DNA from: an uncultured Candidatus Rokubacteria bacterium
GTDB lineage: Bacteria > Methylomirabilota > Methylomirabilia > Rokubacteriales > CSP1-6
Assembly: GCA_963771355.1 (NCBI GenBank)
Contig: CAVYTA010000004.1
Location: 1-64,000, forward strand
Direction of reading: 5' to 3'
DNA: 64,000 nucleotides
The notes under the pieces are model-generated. The model did no database searches. It worked only from the letters and a program-made list of their open reading frames with translations, and was not told the DNA's origin. A program made the position numbers and the translations under genes. Below, one piece after another: positions 10,936 to 18,845 of this stretch (its first letter is position 1; each line of letters starts with the position of its first letter).

Positions 10936-11092
10936 ATGGCCGACCTCGATGCCTTTTACCTCGAGCACCGGCGCTGCGGCGAGCTGCGAGGCGGAGATCT
11001 CCGAACGAGAGCCAGCCGTGATTGTCATGGCCTGCAGCTGCGGCGCCCAGCTCGCCCGGCGCATTGCCCGAGAGGAGTTCTTAGATCGTTGA
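10936..11092 (+). pseudogene. small HxxC/CxC putative metal-binding protein, +1 frameshift near 10987
   Basis: MADLDAFYLEHRRCGEL / EAEISEREPAVIVMACSCGAQLARR. Confidence 0.5.
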
Positions 11093-11299
11093 GTTCTAGG
11101 TACCGAAAAGACGCGAACCGGAGACCCGCGTCGTGAAGCGGGTGTTTGCGAGTGCAGTTAGCGGTAGACCTAAAGTCCAATAGGCAGGCGGGACGACGTT
11201 GACTACACTTAGTCCGCGAAGGAACTGCCGACGGTACGATCGCGCGACGAGAGATCTACGACGCGTCACGCCGTCTTCAGTGGTGGGAGGTGATGACAC

Positions 11300-11380
11300 A
11301 TGGAACCCTGGGTGATTGTCCTTCTGGTGGTGCTCCTACTCGGTGGTGGAGGCTGGGGATTCTCTCGCTGGCGCAGGTAG
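11300..11380 (+). CDS. 26-aa single-TM small protein
   Basis: GGAGGT RBS; MEPWVIVLLVVLLLGGGGWGFSRWRR. Confidence 0.6.
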   Translation: MEPWVIVLLVVLLLGGGGWGFSRWRR

Positions 11381-11416
11381 CGGGGCCGCGAGCCCAACGG
11401 GGCCGGCGCCGCCGGA

Positions 11417-11593
11417 ATGCCTTGGCGGAAGCCGGCCGACCGCTGGCCGAAGTATCGCAATGTCGAAACGTTTAAGGGCGTGGTTCAGCTGAGCGGCTTC
11501 GTCAGGTCGCAGGCGGACATCGACCAGGCGGTGAAGGTCGCACGCAGGGTCGCGGGCGTGAAGTCCGTCAAGAACGACATGCGGATCAAGTGA
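11417..11593 (+). pseudogene. truncated BON (OsmY-like) domain
   Basis: NVETFKGVVQLSGFV...AVKVARRVAGVKSVKNDMRIK; N-terminal half missing. Confidence 0.75.
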
Positions 11594-11702
11594 CAGCAGG
11601 TGGGGCCATCCTGGAACTCCTGACAACTCACACGACGGGCGCGTGCTGGGCGGCTGCCCAAAGCGCTTAGGGCCCGCGCCAGCACGCCAGTGGGGGGAAC
11701 CG

Positions 11703-11942
11703 ATGAGCATCCTCGATCAATCCGTCGCGGCAAAGATTCAAAGCGGGGTCTTGCCGAAGTTCATTCCGGGGGCTCGGGTCGGGCGAGGAAGGGGCGGGCA
11801 TTGTGCGGTATGCCATGTGGCCATCCGCCCCCCGGACACCGAGGTCGAGGTGGAGGTAGAGTCCCGGCGCGGAGTATTCCATCAGGCCTGCTTCAATCTC
11901 TGGCGCGACGAAGCAGCCAGACTTCGGGCGCAGGAGTCATGA
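11703..11942 (+). CDS. small CxxC...HxxC putative Zn-binding protein
   Basis: GHCAVCH...FHQACFNLW; paralog at 32013. Confidence 0.65.
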   Translation: MSILDQSVAAKIQSGVLPKFIPGARVGRGRGGHCAVCHVAIRPPDTEVEVEVESRRGVFHQACFNLWRDEAARLRAQES

Positions 11943-11998
11943 TTCGGGAACAAACAAAAGGGTTCGGTGTTCTTTGATGTGTCTGCCGGCTCCGAGTC

Positions 11999-12014
11999 TG
12001 GCACAGGAGATGCT
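11999..12014 (+). promoter_or_regulatory. sigma54 promoter
   Basis: TGGCACAGGAGATGCT; identical copy at 15071-15086. Confidence 0.65.
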
Positions 12015-12051
12015 GTACCGAGGGTGAGTCAAAACTCCAAGGAGGACCCAC

Positions 12052-12303
12052 ATGCTAGGACTTCTCGTAGGGGCGATCGCCGGTGGGCTGGTGGTGTGGA
12101 AGTACCACGATTCTCTCCGTGAGTACGTGAAGGCCGCGGGATCGGCCCGGGAAAAGGTGGACGGGTTGCTCCGGACGGTTCAACAGACGTCCGAGACACT
12201 GCTCGACCAGGCGAAGGAGCAGGTCTCTTCGCGGCTCGAGAGTGCTCGGGGGAAGGTCCGCACGGGAGCGTCGGAGGCAGGTCGAGGAAGACCTACCGAG
12301 TAG
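12052..12303 (+). CDS. YtxH-like membrane-anchored helical protein (copy 1)
   Basis: N-terminal LLVGAIAGG TM plus amphipathic helices; AAGGAGG RBS. Confidence 0.7.
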   Translation: MLGLLVGAIAGGLVVWKYHDSLREYVKAAGSAREKVDGLLRTVQQTSETLLDQAKEQVSSRLESARGKVRTGASEAGRGRPTE

Positions 12304-12458
12304 TTCATATGCGCCGCGTTCGCCACTACGGGGCTCTCGCGCCCGCCAGCTTCGTGCGACGCGCAGCTCTCTTGCACGCCGACACCTGACGCTCAACCCC
12401 GCGACGCGCGCGTGCTTGAGCGCCTTAGGACGGACAAACGGCTGCTTCCGAATGCGTA

Positions 12459-12695
12459 CTACCGGGCGGCCGGAACAGGCATGATGGCAAACCCGATCGC
12501 GATCCCTAAGGCAAGGATCACAGCGGCCAAAATAATGGCAACGGAGACGTTCCCTTTCCGAATCTCCTCCCACTCATCGATTGGAGTCAGCCAGTCAAAA
12601 ACCTTCAATAGAATCGCCAGGCCACAGGCCATCGACACCGCACCAACAACTCCCCATCCTATCGCGATCAAATAATCTACCCACACACGCGCCAT
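12459..12695 (-). CDS. DUF350 membrane protein
   Basis: FDWLTPIDEWEEIRKGNVSVAIILAAVI. Confidence 0.8.
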   Translation of the reverse strand: MARVWVDYLIAIGWGVVGAVSMACGLAILLKVFDWLTPIDEWEEIRKGNVSVAIILAAVILALGIAIGFAIMPVPAAR

Positions 12696-13438
12696 CCGGT
12701 TTCCCCCTTATGCCGAGCTGCACATTGCTCGGGCCTCGCGCCCGAGCTATCTCCGAGTCCCATTCCTCACCGCGCAATGATAGCGCGCCGGTCGGTGGCG
12801 GAGTACTCTTCACGGTCACCGAGACTGACGAATGAATTCGGAAGAGCTCCAGGGATCGAGTCTTGCGGTCGTCGCCTTCAAGTTCGTTTCTCGTACCGAC
12901 TATCGTAATGCAGCGGGCGCGAAGGCTTCAAGGCCGCCAGGGAGACCGTGTTTTAGGTGGGATTAGCAAGAGCCGCAAGCACTAATTGTCGTCCGTCACC
13001 TGTCTCCTGTTGCTTGTCGCTCCCGCGAGCGCCTACCTCTCGGCCCGCCGAGAGTGAAAGAGAAAGGCAGGATCGGCTGACACAACTTAGAGTCGGATGA
13101 CGATGACCTCAGTTAGGCGAAGGATCCCGTATTCGACCTGTACACTCTTACTCTTCTCAAGGCTTTCCAAACCCTTCTTTAGATCCGCCTCTAACTCGCC
13201 CGGCGGTCCCGGGTAAGTCTTCTTAAATTGGTCGCGCAATTCATCCCGGGGTTATCTTTCGGCTTTCACCCTCTAGCGGCCGCCCCGTCGGGTTCTTTCC
13301 TCGAAGATCCGTGCGGACGTTTTGCGGACGGTTTTTGGAGGATCTTCTGTGGGATACTGGGACCGCGTGGGGCAGAGGAAGAGCGGGGAAGGCTGTGTTT
13401 AGGAACAGTTAGGACACCTCAGGCCGTCACGCCAACGC

Positions 13439-13486
13439 GCTTTGGGAGCAGGGGGTCGGAGGTTCAAATCCTCTCACCCCGACCAA
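13439..13486 (+). repeat. attR: duplicated 3' half of tRNA-Pro
   Basis: Identical to 9983-10030. Confidence 0.92.
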
Positions 13487-13546
13487 CCTTTTCCGTAGTC
13501 TCGAAAGCCGCTTCAGTTGCCGACCTAAGCAAAGTGAGGTCTGCGC

Positions 13547-14407
13547 ATGTCCAAAGTCTGGTTGGTAACCGGCAGCGCGAGCGGGTTGGGCCGCAACATC
13601 GCGGAAGCGGTGCTCGCCTCGGGCGATCGCCTCGTCGCGACCGCCCGCGATCCTCGCCGCCTGGAGGATCTGGTGGGGAAGTATGGCGATCAGGTTCGCA
13701 CCGCTCCCCTCGACGTGGCAGATGAGGGCGCGGCCCATGCCGCAGCGCGGATGGCGGTGGACGCGTTCGGGCGCCTCGATGTCGTTGTGAACAACGCGGG
13801 CTACGGCGATATCGCACCGTTCGAGCAGGTGAGCTCGGAGCGATTCAAGGCGCTGGTCAACACCAATTTCTATGGCGTTGTCAACATGACCCGCGCTGTG
13901 CTACCGATCATGCGGGAGCAAAAGAGTGGCTGCATCCTTCAGATTTCGTCGGTGGGCGGTCGCCTGGCCCTTCCGGGCAGCGCTGCGTACCACGCCGCCA
14001 AGTGGGCAGTGGGGGGATTCACCGAAGCCCTGGCCCAGGAAGTGGCCCCGTTCGGCGTCAAGGTGTGTGCGCTCGAACCCGGCGGAATGCGGACGAACTG
14101 GGGCGCTCGTGCGAGCAAGGAAACACCTGACCTGCTCCCGGACTATCAGCCATCCGTGGGTGCATTGGCCGAGATGCTGAAGCCTCTCTGGGGCCAGGAG
14201 AATAGCGATCCGGCCAAGGTGGCTCAGGTGGTCCTTCGTCTGGCGGCCAGCGATCGTCTGCCGGCCCATCTCCTGCTGGGCAGTGACGCCGTTCAGTACG
14301 CTGGCCAAGCCGAGGCGGCGCGGGCCGCCGATGCAGAACGCTGGCGGCCGATCAGCGTCTCGACCGACGTCAACGCTCCGGGCTCCTTGCCGGATTTGCG
14401 ATTCTGA
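13547..14407 (+). CDS. SDR family oxidoreductase
   Basis: TGSASGLG, NNAG, YHAAK. Confidence 0.93.
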   Translation: MSKVWLVTGSASGLGRNIAEAVLASGDRLVATARDPRRLEDLVGKYGDQVRTAPLDVADEGAAHAAARMAVDAFGRLDVVVNNAGYGDIAPFEQVSSERFKALVNTNFYGVVNMTRAVLPIMREQKSGCILQISSVGGRLALPGSAAYHAAKWAVGGFTEALAQEVAPFGVKVCALEPGGMRTNWGARASKETPDLLPDYQPSVGALAEMLKPLWGQENSDPAKVAQVVLRLAASDRLPAHLLLGSDAVQYAGQAEAARAADAERWRPISVSTDVNAPGSLPDLRF

Positions 14408-14429
14408 GCGACCTGCGTAGGAGGTGACT

Positions 14430-14960
14430 ATGGCGTTCGACCCAGGATCCACTGGTCCTTTGCCCTTCCATGATCCTGACGAGGAAGTGCTGGCCCAGGT
14501 TAGCGGGACTGCGCCCTCCCACGATGCTCAGAGACGACATCTGCAGCGAGTTCCGCTCTTCAGCGGGTTCAACGAGGCCGAGCTTCGTCGCGTCGCCGAG
14601 CTCTCCAGGATCGTCGAGGCTCCGGCGGGGACGGTCATCACGCAGATTGGCGACGCGGGCGATTCGTTCTTCGTCATCATCGACGGCATGGCGGGGGTGC
14701 GAACTCCGGTCGGATCTGGTAGCCAGCTAAAACCGGGCGACTTCTTTGGCGAGATGAGCCTGCTCGATGGGGAGCCCCGATCGGCGACGATCGTGGCGGC
14801 GACCGATCTCCGATTGCTCGTTGTGGATCGTGACCATTTCTGGCGATTGCTGGATGAGACCCCGGAGCTGATCCGGCGGATTCTCACGATCCTGTCGCGC
14901 CGCGTACGCCGCCTGGAACAGACGGTAGACGCGATACTCCATGGCACCAATCCGGCCTGA
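14430..14960 (+). CDS. cyclic nucleotide-binding domain protein
   Basis: GDFFGEMSLLDGEPRSAT. Confidence 0.88.
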   Translation: MAFDPGSTGPLPFHDPDEEVLAQVSGTAPSHDAQRRHLQRVPLFSGFNEAELRRVAELSRIVEAPAGTVITQIGDAGDSFFVIIDGMAGVRTPVGSGSQLKPGDFFGEMSLLDGEPRSATIVAATDLRLLVVDRDHFWRLLDETPELIRRILTILSRRVRRLEQTVDAILHGTNPA

Positions 14961-15070
14961 CGCAGGCCGGCGCGGTAGGACGTTCTCCTCCGGGAGCCGA
15001 AGCGCCAGCCGGTAGACTTCGACCGCCTCGAAACTCCACCCCTCTTCCGAGGACCTGCCCTCTCGCAGGC

Positions 15071-15086
15071 TGGCACAGGAGATGCT
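15071..15086 (+). promoter_or_regulatory. sigma54 promoter
   Basis: TGGCACAGGAGATGCT. Confidence 0.65.
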
Positions 15087-15127
15087 GTACCAAGGGTCAG
15101 CCACAGACACTCCAAGGAGGACGCACA

Positions 15128-15382
15128 ATGTTGGGAGTACTCGTAGGGGCAATCGCCGGTGGGTGGGTCGTGTGGAAGTATCGCGATTCTCTCCGTGACT
15201 ACGTGAAAGGTAACGCGGGACCGGCCCGGGACAAGGTAGACGGGCTGCTCCGGACGGTTCAGCAGACGTCCGAGACCCTGCTCGACCAGGCGAAGAAGGG
15301 GGTCTCTTCGCGGATCGAGAGCACTCGGGAGAGGGTTCGCGAAGGGGTGTCGGAGGCTGGTCGAGGAAGACCTACCGAGTAG
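15128..15382 (+). CDS. YtxH-like protein (copy 2)
   Basis: Close paralog of 12052-12303. Confidence 0.7.
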   Translation: MLGVLVGAIAGGWVVWKYRDSLRDYVKGNAGPARDKVDGLLRTVQQTSETLLDQAKKGVSSRIESTRERVREGVSEAGRGRPTE

Positions 15383-15472
15383 TTCCGCCCTTCCCTGGCG
15401 GTAGGACCAGGTCCACGCGCCGGGTTCGCGCGACGCGGCAACTTTCGTATGCCCATTTTTTCGGAGGAGCCC

Positions 15473-15739
15473 ATGAATATTCTCGCGAGGACGATCCTGC
15501 GACGCGTAATTGAAGGCCTCGACACGGTCGCTGACCCGAGGCTGGCCGCAGCTTACCGGAACGCGGACGGCGGCCTCATGAATCGCATCGCGGCCACAGG
15601 GATTCTGCGCCTCGCCCTCCGCTGGCCGGCGCTCACCGTGATCGTCATCCTCTCGGTGATCGTCGCGCGCGTCATGTCGGAGCGGAGACACCAGCGGATC
15701 CGCTCCTCCAACGCGCAACGCGTGCGCTTGACGTCCTGA
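15473..15739 (+). CDS. hypothetical membrane protein
   Basis: GGAGG RBS; one TM segment. Confidence 0.45.
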   Translation: MNILARTILRRVIEGLDTVADPRLAAAYRNADGGLMNRIAATGILRLALRWPALTVIVILSVIVARVMSERRHQRIRSSNAQRVRLTS

Positions 15740-15838
15740 AAGGGGCGCCCTCGAGAGGCGCCTCGTCTGCTGCTCCCATGCAATGCCATCCGGCTCGGAC
15801 GGTTTTTGTGTGGGCTCTTTTATGGAATACTGGGGCCC

Positions 15839-16144
15839 ATGGAACGCCGGGCCCTGAGCTTCGTAGCGGCTTGCGCGGTCGTCTTCGCGCTGAGCGCCTC
15901 CCCCGCAGCCGCGTGGAACTGCCCGGTGCAGATCAAGTCCGCGGAGGACACCATCAAGAAGGCGGAGGCCATGAAGCTGACGCCGGAGGCCCGCACCCTG
16001 CTTGACCAGGCCAAGAAGCTGATGGCCGAGGCCAAGGCCCACCACACCGACGCGAAGGCGAAGATCGATCACGCCAACGCGATGTGGAAGGCCAAGGCCG
16101 CCCAGGCGCAGGCCGAGTCCGCCGCCGCCCTCTCCACGCCCTGA
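15839..16144 (+). CDS. small secreted helical protein
   Basis: Signal peptide AAA|WNCPVQIK; strong GC3 bias. Confidence 0.75.
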   Translation: MERRALSFVAACAVVFALSASPAAAWNCPVQIKSAEDTIKKAEAMKLTPEARTLLDQAKKLMAEAKAHHTDAKAKIDHANAMWKAKAAQAQAESAAALSTP

Positions 16145-16146
16145 CC

Positions 16147-17070
16147 ATGGCGGCCGTCCGAGCGCGGATCGGCTTCATCGGGTTGGGCACCATGGGCGGC
16201 CAGATGGCGCGGCGCCTCGTGTCGCAAGGCTACACGGTGCGAGGCTACGACGTGAACGCGGAGCGCGCCGATCGCGCCAAGGTCGCCGGGGTGGCCCTCG
16301 ATTCCTCGCCGGGGCACGTAGCCGCCGCCTCCGACGTCGTGCTCTCGAGCCTTCCGGATCCGGCCGCCGTCCGCGCCGCCTACCTCGGCGAGTCCGGCGT
16401 GCTCGCGGGCGCCCATGCCGGCATGACCTGGATCGACATGAGCACCATCGACCCCGAGACTTGCCGCGAGGTGGCGGCGAAGGCCGCCACCGCCGGGATC
16501 GATTGCCTGGATGCGCCGGTGAGCGGCGGTCCTGCCGAGGCGGGGAGCGGCAGGCTGGTCTTCATCGTGGGCGGCGAGGCGGCCGTGCTCGAGCGCTGCC
16601 GTCCCGTGCTCATGGCGCTGGCCAGCGAGATTCACCACGTGGGGCCGCTGGGTTCGGGCCTGGTCGTCAAGCTCGTCAACAACGTCATGTCCATGGGTAA
16701 TATGGTCGTCGCGGCAGAGGCCATGGTGCTGGGCGTGAAAGCCGGCGTCGATCCGCGCCGCCTCTTCGAGATCCTCTCCACCAGCGGCGGCCGCTCGCAT
16801 CACTTCCTCAAGCGCATGCCCAATGTGCTCGCGGGGGATTTCACCCCGAACTTCAGCATCGCGCTGTCCAAGAAGGACGTGTCGCTGGCGCTGGGGCTGG
16901 CGGCCGGGCTCGGCCTGCCCATGCTGGTCGCCTCCGCGGTGCGGCAGGTCTACGAGGCGGCGACGGCCCAGGGCCTGGCCAACCAGGACATGGCCGCGGT
17001 GACGCGCCTCTACGAGGAGTGGGCGGGCGTGGAGGTGCGCGACAAGGCAAGCGCCGGCGGCCATGCCTGA
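16147..17070 (+). CDS. beta-hydroxyacid dehydrogenase (3-hydroxyisobutyrate DH family)
   Basis: GFIGLGTMG, LDAPVSGG, KLVNN. Confidence 0.92.
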   Translation: MAAVRARIGFIGLGTMGGQMARRLVSQGYTVRGYDVNAERADRAKVAGVALDSSPGHVAAASDVVLSSLPDPAAVRAAYLGESGVLAGAHAGMTWIDMSTIDPETCREVAAKAATAGIDCLDAPVSGGPAEAGSGRLVFIVGGEAAVLERCRPVLMALASEIHHVGPLGSGLVVKLVNNVMSMGNMVVAAEAMVLGVKAGVDPRRLFEILSTSGGRSHHFLKRMPNVLAGDFTPNFSIALSKKDVSLALGLAAGLGLPMLVASAVRQVYEAATAQGLANQDMAAVTRLYEEWAGVEVRDKASAGGHA

Positions 17071-18532
17071 GCATGATGTTCTCGTCGTCGGCGCGGGGAA
17101 CGCCGCCCTCGCCGCCGCCGTCTCCGCGCGGGAGCAGGGAGCCCGGCGCGTGCTCGTCCTCGAGAAGGCGCCCGAGGAGCTCCGCGGCGGCAACACCCAC
17201 TATAGCGGCGGCCTCTTCCGCTTCGCCTTCGACACGGGCGAGGATCTGCGGCCGCTCGTCCCCGACGCCGAGCGCCGCATCCCCGGCTTCCTCTCCGACG
17301 TCGAGCCGTATCCCAAGCCGCGCTTCTGGGAGGACCTGCTGCGGGTCACCGAGGGTCGCGCCGATCCCGAGCTGGGCGAGATCCTGATCGGACGGTCCTA
17401 CGACACCGTCACGTGGATGGCCGGCAAGGGCATCGCGCTGGAGCCCGCGCTGTCGCTGAGCGGGGTGCGCGTGGGGGACAAGATCAAGTGGTCGCCGGGG
17501 GCGGTGATCCGCGCCGAGCACGAGGGCGTGGGGCTCTCGCGCGCCTGGTTCGAGATCGCCGAGCGCGCGGGCGTCGAGATCCGCTACGGCACCAGCGCCG
17601 CCCGCCTCGTCCAGGACCGCACGGGTCGCGTGACCGGCGTGACGACGGAGAGCGCGCGCGGCTTCGAGGACCTCACCGCGGGCGCCGTGGTGCTGGCCTG
17701 CGGCGGCTTCGAGGCCAATCCCGCCTGGCGCGCACGGTACCTCGGCCGCCCGTGGGACCACGCGAAGGTGCGCGGCACCCGCTACAACACCGGCGACGGG
17801 CTCCGCATGGCCATCGACATCCACGCGCTGCCCTTCGGCCAGTGGACGGGCTGCCATTCCACCCCCATCGACGCCGACGCCCCGCCCTACGGCGACCGCA
17901 AGCTCACCGACAAGACCAATCGCCTCTCGTATCCCTACGGCGTGCTGGTCAACCGTCGGGGCCGCCGCTTCTTCGACGAGGGCGAGGACTTCCAGTTCTA
18001 CACCTACGCCAAGCTCGGCGGCATCATCCTGAACGAGCCGAGCGGCGTCGGCTATCAGATCTTCGACGCCAAGGTGACGCATCTCCTCGAGGGCCGCTAC
18101 AAGACGGGGACGCCGCTGGTCGCCGACAACCTCGCCGCCCTGGTCGACCGCCTGCCGGTGGACCGCGCGGCCTGCCGGCGCACGCTGGACGACTACAACG
18201 CGGCGGTGAGCGCGGGCGCCTTCGATCCCACCGTGCGCGACGGCCTCGCCACCAAGGGGCTCGAGCTGCCCAAGTCCAACTGGGCGCAGCGTCTGGACAC
18301 GCCGCCGTTCGTCGCGTACCCGGTCACCGGCGGCATCACCTTCACCTTCGGCGGCGTGCGCATCAACGAGCGCGCGCAGGTGATCGGCACTTCCTGGGCG
18401 CCCATTCCCGGTCTCTACGCGTGCGGCGAGATGGTGGGCGGCCTCTTCCACGGTAACTATCCGGGGGGCACCGGGCTGATGTCGGGGGCGGTGTTCGGCC
18501 GCATCGCCGGCGCCAACGCGGCCGGCGAATAG
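17063..18532 (+). CDS. tcuA: FAD-dependent tricarballylate dehydrogenase TcuA-like flavoprotein
   Basis: GAGNAALAAA, RGGNT, GGITFTFGG, NYPGGTGLMSGAVFGR. Confidence 0.75.
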   Translation: MPEHDVLVVGAGNAALAAAVSAREQGARRVLVLEKAPEELRGGNTHYSGGLFRFAFDTGEDLRPLVPDAERRIPGFLSDVEPYPKPRFWEDLLRVTEGRADPELGEILIGRSYDTVTWMAGKGIALEPALSLSGVRVGDKIKWSPGAVIRAEHEGVGLSRAWFEIAERAGVEIRYGTSAARLVQDRTGRVTGVTTESARGFEDLTAGAVVLACGGFEANPAWRARYLGRPWDHAKVRGTRYNTGDGLRMAIDIHALPFGQWTGCHSTPIDADAPPYGDRKLTDKTNRLSYPYGVLVNRRGRRFFDEGEDFQFYTYAKLGGIILNEPSGVGYQIFDAKVTHLLEGRYKTGTPLVADNLAALVDRLPVDRAACRRTLDDYNAAVSAGAFDPTVRDGLATKGLELPKSNWAQRLDTPPFVAYPVTGGITFTFGGVRINERAQVIGTSWAPIPGLYACGEMVGGLFHGNYPGGTGLMSGAVFGRIAGANAAGE

Positions 18533-18542
18533 GGCGTCCGCG

Positions 18543-18845
18543 GTGTTCACCATCGATGCGCGCCGGACGGACCTGGCGCAGGAGTTCAAGCAGCGCCCTT
18601 TCGGCCCGCATAGCCCCGAGCTCCAGGCGGTGCTGAACGTGCTGCGGGGCTCGCTCCACTGCCAGAATCTCCTGCTCGTCTGCACGCGGCCCCACACCGA
18701 GTGGACGCTGGCCGAGAAGCAGCCGCACGGCTTGCCGCCCCGGCTCCTCCCGGGCCTCACCTTCGACAGCGTCGAGGCGGCGGAGTGGCAGGCGTTCCGG
18801 ATGCGGTGGGAGGCGGTCACCGGCGAGGCGCTGGCCGACCCGTGA
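18543..18845 (+). CDS. N,N-dimethylformamidase small subunit-like
   Basis: PFGPHSPELQ...AEWQAFRMRWE; overlaps the large subunit start. Confidence 0.7.
   Translation: MFTIDARRTDLAQEFKQRPFGPHSPELQAVLNVLRGSLHCQNLLLVCTRPHTEWTLAEKQPHGLPPRLLPGLTFDSVEAAEWQAFRMRWEAVTGEALADP

Larger units (their letters stand above)
10030..13486. mobile_element. integrase-less genomic island at tRNA-Pro (attL 9983-10030, attR 13439-13486)
   Basis: 48-bp perfect direct repeat of the tRNA 3' half; lower GC; gene fragments inside. Confidence 0.85.

Noticed and set aside
13087..13250. PqqD-like/RiPP recognition element
   Set aside because: Only vague similarity in a frameshifted fragment (RDELRDQFKKTYPG..LEADLKKGLESL); no RiPP genes nearby
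13439..13486. Second tRNA-Pro gene
   Set aside because: Lacks the 5' acceptor and D arm; it is attR
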